This document shows, one piece after another, positions 38,643 to 51,385 of a stretch of 64,000 nucleotides of DNA. The notes below the pieces were generated by a model. That model worked only from the letters and a program-made list of their open reading frames with translations, ran no database searches and was not told the DNA's origin. Each line of letters opens with the position of its first letter. The stretch's first letter is position 1. The stretch is from positions 2,420,001 to 2,484,000 of the forward strand of contig NC_045698.1 in the NCBI RefSeq assembly GCF_009834535.1. The letters are read 5' to 3'. Both the position numbers and the translations under genes were made by a program. This DNA is from Camelus ferus. Lineage: Eukaryota.

Positions 38643-39141
38643 TGAGATGGGAGGGAAGGGGGCAGGGCACAATCGTCAAAAGAAGGACACAGCCATTGAG
38701 AAAAACAGGATGTGACACCAACTGGTTAGAACCAACTAGGCCCAAGATGTCGGGAGATTCACCTTCAGGAAAACTTGAGCCTCATTATCGGCTGATTATG
38801 GTACATTGGCTGCTAAATGACACCCCCGCGGGCACCATGACAGCTCCCATTAAAGGACAGAGTGGGCGGCGGCCCAGTTCCTGGAAATCCCTGTCCCTTC
38901 CCCAAAGATGTTGGAATAATCCTCTACTGGTTAGGGTACGAAATTGCCCAGCCCATAAAAGCCACCTACCCCGCACCTCGTGGTCGCCCTCACCTTTCTA
39001 GAGGGCCCCCTGCTCTGGGGTCACCTCTCTTGCCTTCTGAGACGGCCCGCACGCTGTCCACGGGACGTTCAGCTTTCACTCGACTCTGGCTCGCTCTTCC
39101 GTTATTCCCTTCACAAGACAAGAACCTATTCTCGGCCAACA
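38643..39141 (+). mobile_element. MER41-like ERV1 solo LTR
   Basis: TG...CA ends; 'aaatgacacccccgcgggcaccatgacag' and 'cagttcctggaaatccctgtcccttccccaaagatgttggaataatcc' parallel the MER41 family as I recall it; 3' end 'gctcgctctt...caagaacc'. Confidence 0.75.
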
Positions 39142-40839
39142 GTAGCACCGGGGAGGGAGGGCCGGTGCACTCTGACCTCCCAGGCTCAATGGCTGGCCTC
39201 AGAGGTCATTGTTTCTCCCCTAGAGTGCTACCCTCTCTCCCAGGTGACACCGTCAGGCCTGGTCCAGGAGAGTCCTGGTGGGGCTGTGGGTGAGAACCAA
39301 GGAGGCGGGGTCTCTCCCCAGGCCAGGGCTCGGCTGCATGTACCAGCAGGACATGGAGAGCAGAATCGGGGACCAAGTGCCCAGAAGAGGTCGACCGGGG
39401 ATGACAAAGCAGGGCAGGCAGGCTGGGGGGTCGTCCTGGTGAGGCGGTGCCTGCAGGTCCGGGTGGACCAGAGTCCCCAGGGGCCCCGGAGGCCAGGGCG
39501 GGCATCGGACCTGGTCGCTCAGGTGAGCGGACGCATCCTCCTTCCTCTGTGGTTGTGAAGGTTGCATCTCACCCAGAGAAGACAGGTGTGAGTAGAACCA
39601 GAAGGTGAAGGAAATCCCAGCGCCTCCAGCAACTGAGGACTTGCTTGGATAAGAGACTCAGCTGCTTGACTGGAGAACTTCTCCAACTTAGGTGCCAGTG
39701 GACTCGGTACATATTCTGAGGCCTTGTTTCCCATCTGCGCAAGATGTCTGCACTGACACATCTTCCAACACGTGGGAAGCTCTCTGTGCTCTGAGACAAC
39801 TGAGTTCTGAGTGCACTGGAGCAGAAGTGCAGCATGGAGGTGAGGTGCAGGGACGGGGTTGGAGGCTCGGGTCCCTGATGCCATGTTAGACGCAGACCCT
39901 AAAAAGGCATTGTTTCCACTTTGGGGTCCTTGGGGTGGGCCTTTGGCAGGCTGATGACGTGACCTTGGAACTTGACGACCTTGGCCCTTGAGGTGCCCCC
40001 TCCCCACGTAGCCAGGGCCTGGCCTGCAGCTCATTAAAAATGCCATCCACCCTGTCTTTGTGGCAAGTTCTCATTCACTTAAAAGACAAACACCTCCTGG
40101 CCCTAACAAAATATATATTTTTGACAAAGATAAGAATTTCTATGAGAACACATGTTCTCTGGTGGAGACCCACGTCCATAAGGACCCGTGAGCATTTTCA
40201 GGGCATCCCTGATGGACCTGCTTGCGCTCTGTGCTCGAAGCAGCAACTACATAAGGCTGTTCAGAAGACAGAACGAATAACTGTGTCCACTGGGTTCGCC
40301 AGCAGATCGAAAGGTTTGCTTTATTTTATTTTTCAGAACCGCCTACAGGAAGCACTGTCTCAGCGCTTCAGATGTCATCAGCTTTGGAGTGTGACGCGCT
40401 CTCTCTCGAAGCGGCTGGAAGCGGCAACAGCAGTGCAGGGCTCCGGCTGCAGACCGCTCAGTGGGAGGACCAGGCAGAGGCTGCCTGGATCTTGCGGCGT
40501 GAACCGCAGCCAGTAATCCAGTCGGCCTGTGGCCTGGGACCTACAGAACTGAAATTCAGTACATTTTCCATTCTGATTTGTTCCAATAAAAATCCCCCAA
40601 TCTAAGAAATTTGTTTCACAACCCTTTTAACAAGTGGCAACTCGCAACTAGAAAAACCTAGGCCCTTTGCTCAAACAGACAGAAAAGTTAAAGTGAAACC
40701 AGAGGATCTTTTAAGAAACAACACGCTTTGGACAGAAGTCTGGCTGAAAGGCCTGGCTGAGATAGTGAGGAGGTTTGATGAAATCTGGTCTCCAAGGAAG
40801 GCTGGTCTCCAGCGCTAACTTTATCTTTGCTGAGAAGCA

Positions 40840-40950
40840 CGTCACATGCCATGAATCTCGCCATTTTAAAGCGTGCAGTCAGTGGATGGGAGTGCGTTCC
40901 TGAGGCTGTGCAGCTCTCACAGCCAATCCCGGGGCACTCTGGGCATCCCC
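40840..40950 (-). mobile_element. Short L1M(B) 3'-end fragment
   Basis: 'tcacatgccatgaatctcgccattttaaagcgtgcagtcagtgg...gctgtgcagctctcac'. Confidence 0.55.
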
Positions 40951-41093
40951 GAGCTAACCGGGCCCGTTTCATCTCACAGTGAAAGTGTTCAGAGCGCCTG
41001 AGACCGGCTACGTGGTGACAATGTTTACTGAGAAGTTTTGAGACTTTCATAAAAGACTGGAAATAGCTAAATGCAAATAGGAAGGTTTGTCCT

Positions 41094-41521
41094 ATAGCTC
41101 AGCCATGAAACGAAACAGTGCCGCTTGCAGCAACATGGATGCGCCTAGAGATGATCACACTAACTGAAGTAAGTCAGAGAAACACAAATATCATATAATA
41201 TTTGTACTTGGAATCTAAAAAAAAAAAATGATACAGATTCTATTCACAAACCCAAACAGACTCACGGACACAGAAAATAAACCATGGTGACCAAAGGGGA
41301 AGGGGGGGAGGAGGGATAAATCTGGGGTTTGGGATTCGCAGATACACACTACTGTGTATAAAATAGGTCAACAGCGAAGTCCTACTGCACAGCACAGGGG
41401 GCTACATCCGTACCTTGTAATAACCTATACTGGAAAATAATCTGAAGAAGAATATATATGCATAACTGAATCACTTTACTCAACATTATAAATCAACCAT
41501 ACTTAAATAAAAAAATTTAAA
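41094..41521 (+). mobile_element. 5'-truncated LINE-1 with poly(A) tail and degenerate TSD
   Basis: 'gcagcaacatggatg...aagtaagtcagaga...aataaaaaaa'; flanks aggaaggtttgtcct (41079-41093) and aagaaagtttgtact (41522-41536) match at 12/15. Confidence 0.9.
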
Positions 41522-44500
41522 AAGAAAGTTTGTACTGTAAATTGTCTCTAAAACAGATGGAAAGCTCTCAGAGGCTCACGGTGTTAACACTTAACATCCT
41601 TAAAGAAAGCTACTGCTTTCCTTTCTGAGTTCTGAGCTCAAACGGCCAGCTAGCGTTTAGAGGCATTCAGGACACTGCTGGCAATGTCTCTAGGGGCCAT
41701 TGGATCCAATCATCTTGGCAAATACTGTGTGCATAAGAGATGCCATTAAAGCTGGGAAAGCAGGACATCTGTTGACCACTAATATTACGGATCATCCGCT
41801 CGTGCAGCCAGGACACTGTCTTCTTTGCCTTCTTTCCCTGAGCTCCCAGGAGAATTAATGTAATTCAAGTTTTGTCTCATAATTTCCAGTCAGACAGCCC
41901 TCTGGACATCCATCCCAGGCCGGCTCCATCAACGGCAACACAACTCTGACAGTTTGAAGCTCGCCTTTGAAAACGCACAGCGAGCGAAGCTTTCAAAAAG
42001 AGCGAGACGTTGACTTTCAGAGCAGCCCTGCCTAGCACCGCAGTCTCGACACGGGGAGTTTCCGAGGGAGAGCGTGCAGGGTGGGTGGTGGCAGAGAGGA
42101 CAGCGGTCCTCCCGGGGAACCCGCGCATCCTCAGTCTACACCCACTCGCTCTCATCGGAGACAAAAAAGCGTAAGTGAGAGGCAAAGCTTATCCCCTCTT
42201 GTGCTGCTGTGTCAGGTGAGACACTGTTTTTCTTATGCTCTTCAAAAGAGAGAAGGCAACTGAAGCTGGAGTCGGCGGCGAGCCCAGCGGCTGCGGTTAG
42301 CGCGTCTTCATCTTTGTGGTGTCCACCTCCACCAGGTGAACTTGCCTCCACTCACGTGGGTTCCTCCAGGCTCTGGGCTCAGGACTGAGCCCACCCCTCG
42401 TCCAGTGATGAGGCTGGAGCCAGCCCGGCTGACCAGCAGTGGCCATTCTGGAGAACCGCCTGGTCTTCCACTGCCTCTGAAGATTTAATGATAAAGTTTC
42501 CTAATTGAGAACTTTCCCTCCGTTTGGAGGGAATTGACTCATACCTGGAACGGCTTCAGGGAGCTGTTTCACTGCCTATAGATTTAAACAATGGGAAGCC
42601 CAACCGTCCTGGTGTTCTCCACCTGCTGGCTGCCCGGTTACGGAGACCACATGAAGGCTCCAAGCCATCAGATGAAGAGAAATTGGCCTTCACCTTACGA
42701 TGTCATTGGTGCTCCTTTGCCCCTGCATAGAAGTTTTCAGAAGCAGCCTGGCAGGTGGGTTGAAATTAGCTGGGGCGTCTGGCCTGGTGGCGTATGCACC
42801 ACTGGGGACTGCTGTTTCCATGTCATTCTTCAGCCGTGGGTCTCAGCTGTGATTTGTCCCAAACAGAGCGTGCTGGCCGGGGTGAGGACCAATGCCATCC
42901 AGAATGGGATGGGTGCACCAGAGCTGTGAGAGCCACCCCAAGGAAACACATTAGCTCGTGGCCCTTTGAGTCCCATTGTTTGAAGCTAACACCCCAGGCT
43001 TTAGAACAGACTGCAAACATGAGCTCACCGGAAGCGTGGGTGTCTACCCTGCTGGGCTCCTGGCCATTAGCAGGGAAATCCATCAACATACGTGTTTGCA
43101 ACTGATTCCTTCACCGCGGCTTTCTGCTGCTTATATGGAAACAGCCCGTGGCTGTGAGAACCACTGGGTCTCCCCGCCGGGGTAACCCCTTTCCAGCAGG
43201 AGTACTGAGGGCAGCACAGCCCGGGAGCCGGAGACCTGGACCTCCCGCTGTCATGTGGTCCCCTCCCTCCGCACCGGCTACTCCGAGCCTGCATCCGCTC
43301 CCAGACACTCATGTGGGCACACCGATGTAAACGTGGCACAAATTTGGGCAGCCTCCTTAAGGCAAAAGCGTGGAGGAGAAATCCTTACACCTGAGATGGA
43401 CAATTAATAAAGTAAGTGGCTATTTTCAGAAAACCGTGAGTTAGGAATTTGAAGGTGAGCTGTTCGTGTGAGCTAACACACACGGCCCACCTGTCTTTAC
43501 AAAAACCCTTGAAATCACTGCAGACTCCGCAAGAACAGGACATAGAAGCCTAGATGGGGTCTCTATGCCTCGGTGCCCATGGAGGATGGGCCTAGTACAA
43601 ACCAGTCAATTCTTGACCCAAAGAAGGCTTATTAATGTGTAAAAAAGAAAATGTAACATTGGAATCGGTCAGCCCTGAGTTTGACGCTTTACTCTGCCGT
43701 CACTTAGCCGGGGGCTGAGCTTAATCGTCAGTGAGACGTGGGCTGAATAGCCTAGAAAGTCCACAGGCCCCTAGAGACCAGCACCCAGCCGATGGGACCA
43801 AGTTACCCCCTCCAGACCCCTCCAGTCCTGTTGGGCGTCACTGCGACTTTCCTTGGCTCAGATGCCGGTGAGGGCATGTTAATCACAACGTGCAGCCTCC
43901 GACTATACGTGCGCTTAAAGCAGAGACGCCCTTTCACCCGCGTGGAACCATCGTCACCCACACGAGTGCCCAGGAAGGTTCGGTGGATACGGAATGCCAG
44001 GACCCCCAAACTTTGGGGAACCCCGAAATGCGTGCCCTTTTGTTTTTGCGCTTTCCTCCCCCCTCACCAGCCACGCCACATGCGGCTGGGAAGTCCACGG
44101 CCGCGGGGAGAACAGCTCAGGCCAGCCCAGGCCCAGCTTTGTGAGCGCTGGGAACTGCCGCCCTGGGACCTGGAGCCAGAACTACGGGAAAGCGGGAGCT
44201 GTCCGGGGGCTGCTGGCTGGACTCACCGTCGGGAACCACTACGGTTCCCCTGCTATGAAAACACCCCGGCGGGGAGGGCAGGGAATGACTGACGTTCACG
44301 GGGTCACCGGGAGGCTGTCCATGACCCGGTCTCACTGCCCCACCAGCTCAGGGCTCACTGGGCACCTGTTCCGTCTGGGGAGACTTTTTGGAATGTGAGG
44401 CTGAGGCTTTCCCAACAGAGCAGCTGCAGAAGGACTCGTGCACCACTTCCCCTGCGCTTTGCAGAATTTTGCTCAGAGACTCAAGGGAGGGTCTGACCAG

Positions 44501-45559
44501 GTGTGCCACCCTCACCTGCATTTCTGTGGAGCAGCAGCTTCTCGAGCAAGACTCACGATGCACGGGTTGGTCCACCCCGCCACGACCTCCTCCCGTGCTT
44601 GTCATGCTTTTCAGGGGCAGGTGGGACCCAGGCCGCCATGGCAGAGGCTGGGCAGACCAGTCAGGGCCGGTAGCATCTTACCTACCCAACTCACGGACCG
44701 CGTCTGAGCCCGGCAAGGGCTCTCCTCCAGAGTCAGGGCTCTTCTGCTCTGGAAGAGAGTCTTCTAGGTGGGCTGAGAACAGGCACAGAAAAGCATGCAC
44801 ATGACCTGACATTTCTCTGGTTTAAAAACAAAACACATTAAAACAAGAGAAACTGGGGAGAAAACACTGACATGATATGGCCATTCTCCTTCAAATGCTG
44901 AGACCCTCTGTTGTTGGTGTGGAGTGGAAGCGAGGAAGCTCTGGACGCTTGGCTAGCTTGGGCTGCCTATGGCTAGCTCCTAAAACACACATGAGGCTGA
45001 AGACACATTTTCAACTTGCAGTTACCATTTTAGTTAAGTCTCTGGGTTAAAGAAAAATAAGAGAGCATTACATGCAATGGGTATTTCTTTTGGCAAAATA
45101 AAAATATCAGACGTGCTAAAATTACAGAGTTCATTTCAGCCGGAAGCTGGGGAGCCCCTTTCAAGGATGGCAGTCCTCCTGCTGCCTGGGAACACAAACA
45201 GATGCTCGGCCGTGCTCACTTATTCGACCGCAATGCATGGATGGTGTGTAAAGGGTGCCATGGAGGGATGTTCGCGGCGCGGCGTGCCAGCTGCAATGGC
45301 ATCACAGAACAGATGGGACCTAAAGTGGTCCTAAGCTCCATTCTCGTTTCTTTTGATGAAGAGCCGCACATATAGCGGGAACTTCCAACGGAAACCTATT
45401 GCTTGGGGGGAATCGCAATAAAGCCTGAAAACACTGAGGCTTGCTTTTTATTTGTCGTCTTTCGAGGACTGGACCACACACGTACTGGAAAAGCTTTTCT
45501 CTAAACAGTGTGTCCACGCAGCCCGAATCCAACTATCGTTTCTGAGACTGTCCCCCGTT

Positions 45560-46240
45560 TCCCTGAACCCAGGAAAGGGAAGCGGCGCTCGGAAGGCGGC
45601 AGGAGGAGGAGGTGGCTGTGTCTGAGCTGGGACCCCGGCTGGCGGGGCCGCTCCCGGAGGCCCTGCCAGCTGGCTCAGGTAGCTCAGGGCCGGTAGGATG
45701 CGGGGCAGACCCACTTCCGGAAACGCGGCCTCACGGAACCAAGCAGCCAAGGCGGCCCTGTCAAAGCTGCGCGCAAAATCCCGACTCCGCCGCGCACAAG
45801 CGCAGCGGCCCTGCGCGCTCCTGGGCGTTCCTGAGCTCTGGGGTCCTGTCTTCACCCCCGAATAGGGAGCCTCCCTTCACAGGGTCGTTGCGTGGGATGG
45901 ATAAGAAAACATTCCAGAAGCAGAGCGCGGAGCGTCGGGGGGGGGGGCGCAGCCAGAGGCACGTGAAATGGCCCGATGTCACCTCGCGTGCCAGAGGGCT
46001 CCTCCTGACAAAGGCTCATCGCGCCTCCCCTCGGGCTCCTCCTCACAGGCAGGCCGGCTCTCTGGTGACAAGGGTTCTCATTACTGGATTAAAGAAGCAG
46101 CATTAGCATTTATATAATATTGCTACGTTACACACACACTGTGTACGATGTATAATAACTAAATGGCGCAGACACGTCTGAGCTTCTTGCGTGGGGGCGC
46201 GTCAGGCCTCTACCCGCCCCTGTGAAGACCACAGGAGTGC
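45560..46240. promoter_or_regulatory. CpG-island-like promoter/enhancer
   Basis: Dense CpGs; ETS/GABPA site CACTTCCGG (45712-45720), E-box CACGTG (45960-45965), YY1-like AAATGGCG (46161-46168), GC box near 46213. Confidence 0.55.
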
Positions 46241-46959
46241 GTCAGCGGTGCTGTGAGGGGTTCCTTCTGACGTGACTCTCAGTGACAATATTGTTTTCAG
46301 TCTTCCTACAATTACACCCTGAATTCTGCTGGCCACAGTCTACCTGGGCCAACAGCATCCTGTGCCTTACCCACTGCACCATCCCCTCTCCCGAAATGGG
46401 GCTGGGAGTTGTGTTGTGCTCAGTGATGGCACATATGACTTTTCCCACAGTGAAATGTCCCCACGGGGAGGCGGGGGTGAGAGCCGGAACCAGGCATCCG
46501 CCCTGAGAGGATGGATGGTCGAGCCCAGGAAGGAGGTCAAGCAGCTTCTGGACAACAGTGCTGGCCAGTCCCCACTTAGCCCCGCTGTTTACACGTCAAG
46601 GGGCAGAGAGAGGGCCCCACCTGCCCGCCTAGTGGGTTGCCAGGCCCAGTGTCTGCTGTGGGAGGGGTGCTGACGTCCTGGGGGCAGCTTGTGAGACGTT
46701 CTGACCGACACCCCCAGCGAGTCAGGTGGGGAGGCTTCTCCAGAATTACGTCACTGCTGTTTTTCTGGGGCACGGATTTTGTCATTAAAATCTAAACTAT
46801 TCCAGCAACTTGGCTATTTCTCTCCCAAGTTCCCTGCACTAGATGGCAACATGAGAGTAAAGCCTAAACTGAGTTTTTCTTCATCTGCTCATGGTCTTAG
46901 TGTTGTGAACTGAATACAGTAAACGTTTAATGAAGTTTGCCTGAATTGAACTCCTCACC

Positions 46960-47437
46960 ACACCTGCATCCGTGCCTGTATCGAGACCTAGCGCTGTGTC
47001 TGTGTCTAATGCTCTGTGTACCCACCGAGGTACACACTGACGCTAGCATCGGAGTCCACCTCAGACCAAGAGCTGTGTGTGTCTGCATCTGCCTGCACCC
47101 ACGTCTGTATGATGTCATTTGTACTGATGTCTTCTCTGTATTGGCATCTGCATCTGTGTCTGTCTGCACCACTACATCCATATCGGTATCTATGCCATAT
47201 CGTATCTGCTCCTGTGCGTGTGTCAGTGCGTCTGTATCTACCCATGTATCATCCATGCCTTTACCTGCACGTGCAACCACACCTGCACCTCCACCTCCAT
47301 CTCCACCTACGCTTACACCACATCTCCACCTACGTCCACATCTGCACCTGCCCCTGCCTCTACATCCGCACCCACATCGACACCTCCACCTGAACCTGCG
47401 TCCGCATCCACACCCACACCTGCATCTGCATCTGCAG
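46960..47437. repeat. Degenerate hexamer-period simple repeat (CATCTG/CACCTG/CACCTC)
   Basis: 6-nt periodicity such as gcatctgcatctgtgtctgtctgc and cacctgcacctccacctccatctccacct; explains the dipeptide-repeat ORFs on both strands. Confidence 0.85.
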
Positions 47438-50419
47438 TAGCTTTACAAACTTTATGTTCATAAAAGTTAAGGCCAAGGAAAAAGATTGATTTCTTTTTAA
47501 CAACTGGCTCTTTAAGAGGTTTATTTCCCCTCTCAATACTGATTTTAAGAAAAATAGAATCCTCTAAAGGCATGGGATTTCTGAGACAGGAAAATCATAA
47601 TCCTGCTCTTCCCAGCTGTCTGTGGCACTGCTTGTACCCACATGTGCATTTGGGGTGGGATGCCAGCATGTGCCAGCCTTGCATCTTGGGGGTTACTGAG
47701 CAGCCCTGCCTCCACAGACAGGAGATCACTGCTCTGACTGCCCCACGCCCTGACTTTCCATCGTGTTAAAAAGTCTCTGTCATATATGGAGGGTTGGGAA
47801 TTCTGTGTCCAGGAGATACTATGGAGCTTCAAAATGCATTCAAAATCTGCAGAACATCACCAAAAAGGGAAAGCAGAACTTGGGGAGACACTGAGACATT
47901 TTCAGAGTTTCTGTGGGAATTTTAGGTGGCAAAATTACTTATATCCCTCTGTCTACCCGGACACTCCTCCAGGAGGGTTAACCTCATTTCTTCCTTGCCC
48001 CCCCCCCCAAATCAGGATCAGTTCTGCCAGTCCTTCACTGCTGGACTTGGGGAACACGTGTGTGACGTGATCGGCGGTGTTTGGAACCGGTGTTTTCTGG
48101 GACTAGGAGGGCACAGATGGCCACCTAGTCAGTCAGCCATCAGCCCAGGGGCGCCTCCCACCTTCATCAGGCAGAAAGGCTCTTAAATTGAATAATTGTC
48201 ATTTTCCAGCTCTGAGTGTGGCCAGAAATCACTAAAAACCTCATTTAAACTTTCCATTCTCATTCTCAAGCAAATTTACCGCAGAGGTCAGTCCTTTTGC
48301 AAGATTACCAGAGAGAATTCTTCATCAGAACAGGGGTATTTTTCTCCATTGTGGAGCCAACAGCCTTCCATCAATTTTTCTCGTCATCTCACTCATCTTA
48401 TTACGACCTTCATGGGATAAAAGAAGTAAGGCTCTAACTCTTTTTTTTTTCCTGCAAACGGTGCCTCCCTGTGTGTGATGTGGTTAATATTGATTATAAA
48501 TTGCAGTCAACTCAGCCAGCCCTGCTCATCCGCTGCGCCCCTTCCCCCACCCCGAGTCCACTCCCTGCCTTTCCCCAGCTGTGAAGTGCTACTTTGGATA
48601 TTTCTTCTCTTAAAATGGAATCACCACTTCTAATTGTATTTCTTCAGAGCCCCAAACCGCTGAGGTGACTTTGTGTCAGTGACCACATCCAGAGGCGGAA
48701 TCCAGTGGGCACTCCCCGCCGCTGGCAGCAATTCCTGGTGATCTAATTTACCAGCGACTACAGATCATCCCCTGCACGGGCTCCGGGTCCCCTCGGGTTA
48801 CTGACTCGGAGGTCAGTAGAAGGAGAAGCAAGACTGGGGGTCACCTGCTCCTTTTTGATTTGTATTCTCTTTCGTACACAATTTTAAGAAACGTGCAGGT
48901 TTGATCTAAGATGTAACATTTCTTACTGAGTTTGTGTACAGATGTGCAGAATATGGGAGTGAATGAGAACACTGACATTCGTGGCCTCCTTTTCTTTTAC
49001 AAGCGTTTCCGGTGATGCTAAAGTCAACTTTGGTCACTGGGGTTTTTAATGTGCCTTTAAGAATCCCGATCACCATTAGCTCACTGAAGCTGATTTGATT
49101 GTAGGGACATTATTCCTGAGGCTACAGATACAGGCTCTTCCCATCCAGCTGACTTTAGCATAAAAATAAAATTGAATCATAAGCAATGAAATTTTATCTC
49201 TTCAACTCTCTCCATTCGCCACTGGAGTTCATAATGCTCACTTTTACTCTTTCTCCCTAAATAGCATGAAATAGATGGAACTGAAATTAACATACCTCCA
49301 AGATGATTAGGTCACAAAAACATTTTAATAAATTTACTTGTACGGCGCCTGTTCTTTCCTACCTGTATAGTGAGCTTGGCACTAGACTCTTTTGCTTATT
49401 ATTAAATTATGGTAAAAGGGGGAGTGGTCTATTTCAGTAAAAAATAACTAACCAAAAAAACAAAGGAAGGCAGCGTGAAAGAATAGCAGAAGACAGTTAT
49501 TGCAACGACATCAGAGCTGAGACTGAGGAGCTGTTCTCGTCCGTCGACCCCTCACGCTGGGCTAAGTCCTCTGCGAGGTGCTCCTGGCACAGGCCGGTTC
49601 TGGCTGATAATCTTTGTTTGACGCTGAGGAAGAGAGGGTGATTTGGCATGAAGAGCTGAGGATCGTCTGTTGACATCGGCCGAAGATGGACAGGGTCACG
49701 TGGGGTGCGGCGGGAAAGGGAGGGCGTTCCAGCAGAGGCATGAGGGAAGGGCATTTCCGGGGAGGCTGAGGGTCTGCGGAGGAGAGTGGGGACTGGGCAG
49801 GACAGAGGGTGAACGCAAAGTCAGGAAGGTTGGGCGGTCCTTGCAGCCTCCGGGCATGGACCGTGGCCTCCAGCTGGCACAGGGCAAGGCTCCGGGAGGC
49901 CTGGGCGCCCAGAATCGAGGGCTCTCTGCAGGCCCAAGGGTGCAGGAGCCAGTGCTCCTGGAACCTCTCCTCGGGTGGGAGCTTAGGCATCGAGCTGCCT
50001 GTCACAGCGTCTCAGGCAACCCCCGTAAGTTAAAGAAGGAGGGAGAGATGTGAGGGGTGGGAGGTTAGAGCAGACGTGCCAGGTTGATCGACTGAACATG
50101 AGCAAGGGGAGGGGCTTGCCTGTGTCTCTTCAAGGCCCAGGTAGAGGAAGACGGGGACCCCAGGCCGGGCGGCTTGGTGTGGTGGAGCCTCTGACGGGGG
50201 GAGTCCTTGTTCCCAGAGGTGAGTGTTCAGGAACGCCCACATGGGCACCGAGCAGGTGGTGCAGGAACTAGTTGGGAGTTGCTTGGAATTTTGTCCTTCC
50301 TCCATGATTTTCCACCTTGTGGGGCAGAGCAGAGCCTGTTGGAATGACTCATTATGTCACTATATTGATCCAAATGCCCAACAAACAACACTTTCTCGTA
50401 ATAGAAACTGCTTTCTCTT

Positions 50420-51385
50420 TATCTTTTTTAATTTTATTTTTTGTTGAAGTGTAGTTGATTTACAGTGTTAGTTTCAGGTGTACAGCAAAGCGATTCAGCT
50501 ATACATATGTACATACACATTTTCTTCTCAGTCTTTTCCACTGTATGTTATTATAAGAAACTGAACACTAGTTCCCTGTGCTCTACATGAGGGCCTTGCT
50601 GTTCATCTCTTTTACAAGTAGTCGTTTAATCTCAAATTCCTAGTTTATCCCTCCCCACCCTTTACCCTTTGGTAACCATAGTTTGTTTTCTATGTCTGTG
50701 AGAATTGTTTGGGTTTGTAAATAGAATTTGCATCATTTTTTTTTAGGTTCCACATATAAATGATATCATATGATATTTGTCTTTCTCTGTCTGACTTAGT
50801 GTAATCATCTCTAGGTCCACCCACATTGCTGCAAATGGCATTATTTCATTCTTTTTTATGGCTGAGTAGTATTCCATTGTGTATATATGTGTGTGTATGT
50901 GTGTATAAATACACCACAACTTCTTTATCCAGTCATCTGTCAATGAACACTTAGGTTGTTTCCATGTCTTGGCTGTTGTACATGGTGCTGCTATGAAACT
51001 TGGGGTTCATGTATCCTTTATTATAATTTTCTCTGGATATATGCCCAGGAGTGGGATTGCCTGGATCATATGGTGAGTCTATATTTCAGTTTTTTACTTC
51101 ATAGTAGCGTTTTAGGAACATGTCCATTTCATCTAGGTTGCCCTATTTGTTAGCATATAATTGTTCACAGCATCTCCTTTTTTACTTTTTTCGTATTTCT
51201 GTTGTATTGGTTGTAATTTCTCCTCTTTCATTTCTTATTTGTTTGCTTGTGCCCTCTCTCTTTTCTTCTTGGTGAGCCTGGCCAGAGGTTTATGAATTTT
51301 GTTTACTTTTTCAAAAAAAACAGCTCTCGGCTTTATTGATTTTTTTTCTTTTCCTTTTTCTACTTCTTCTTCTTTTTTTTAATCT
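50420..51385 (-). mobile_element. LINE-1 insertion with a large internal deletion, bounded by a 15-bp TSD
   Basis: L1 3' UTR and ORF2 C-terminus (WIKKLW...MEYYSAIKKNEIMPFAA) join near 51108 to a much more 5' ORF2 segment; TSD aaactgctttctctt (50405-50419) / aaagtgctttctctt (51386-51400). Confidence 0.85.

Noticed and set aside
42524..42730. Protein-looking ORF (EGIDSYLERLQGAVSLPIDL...)
   Set aside because: Non-ATG start, no splice framework on the plus strand and no recognisable family.
45791..45805. NRF1-like GCGCA...GCGCA motif
   Set aside because: The spacer is 3 nt rather than the 1 nt of the NRF1 consensus.
46927..47573. Several overlapping ORFs with His/Pro/Thr/Ala dipeptide repeats
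   Set aside because: Artefact of the hexamer simple repeat.
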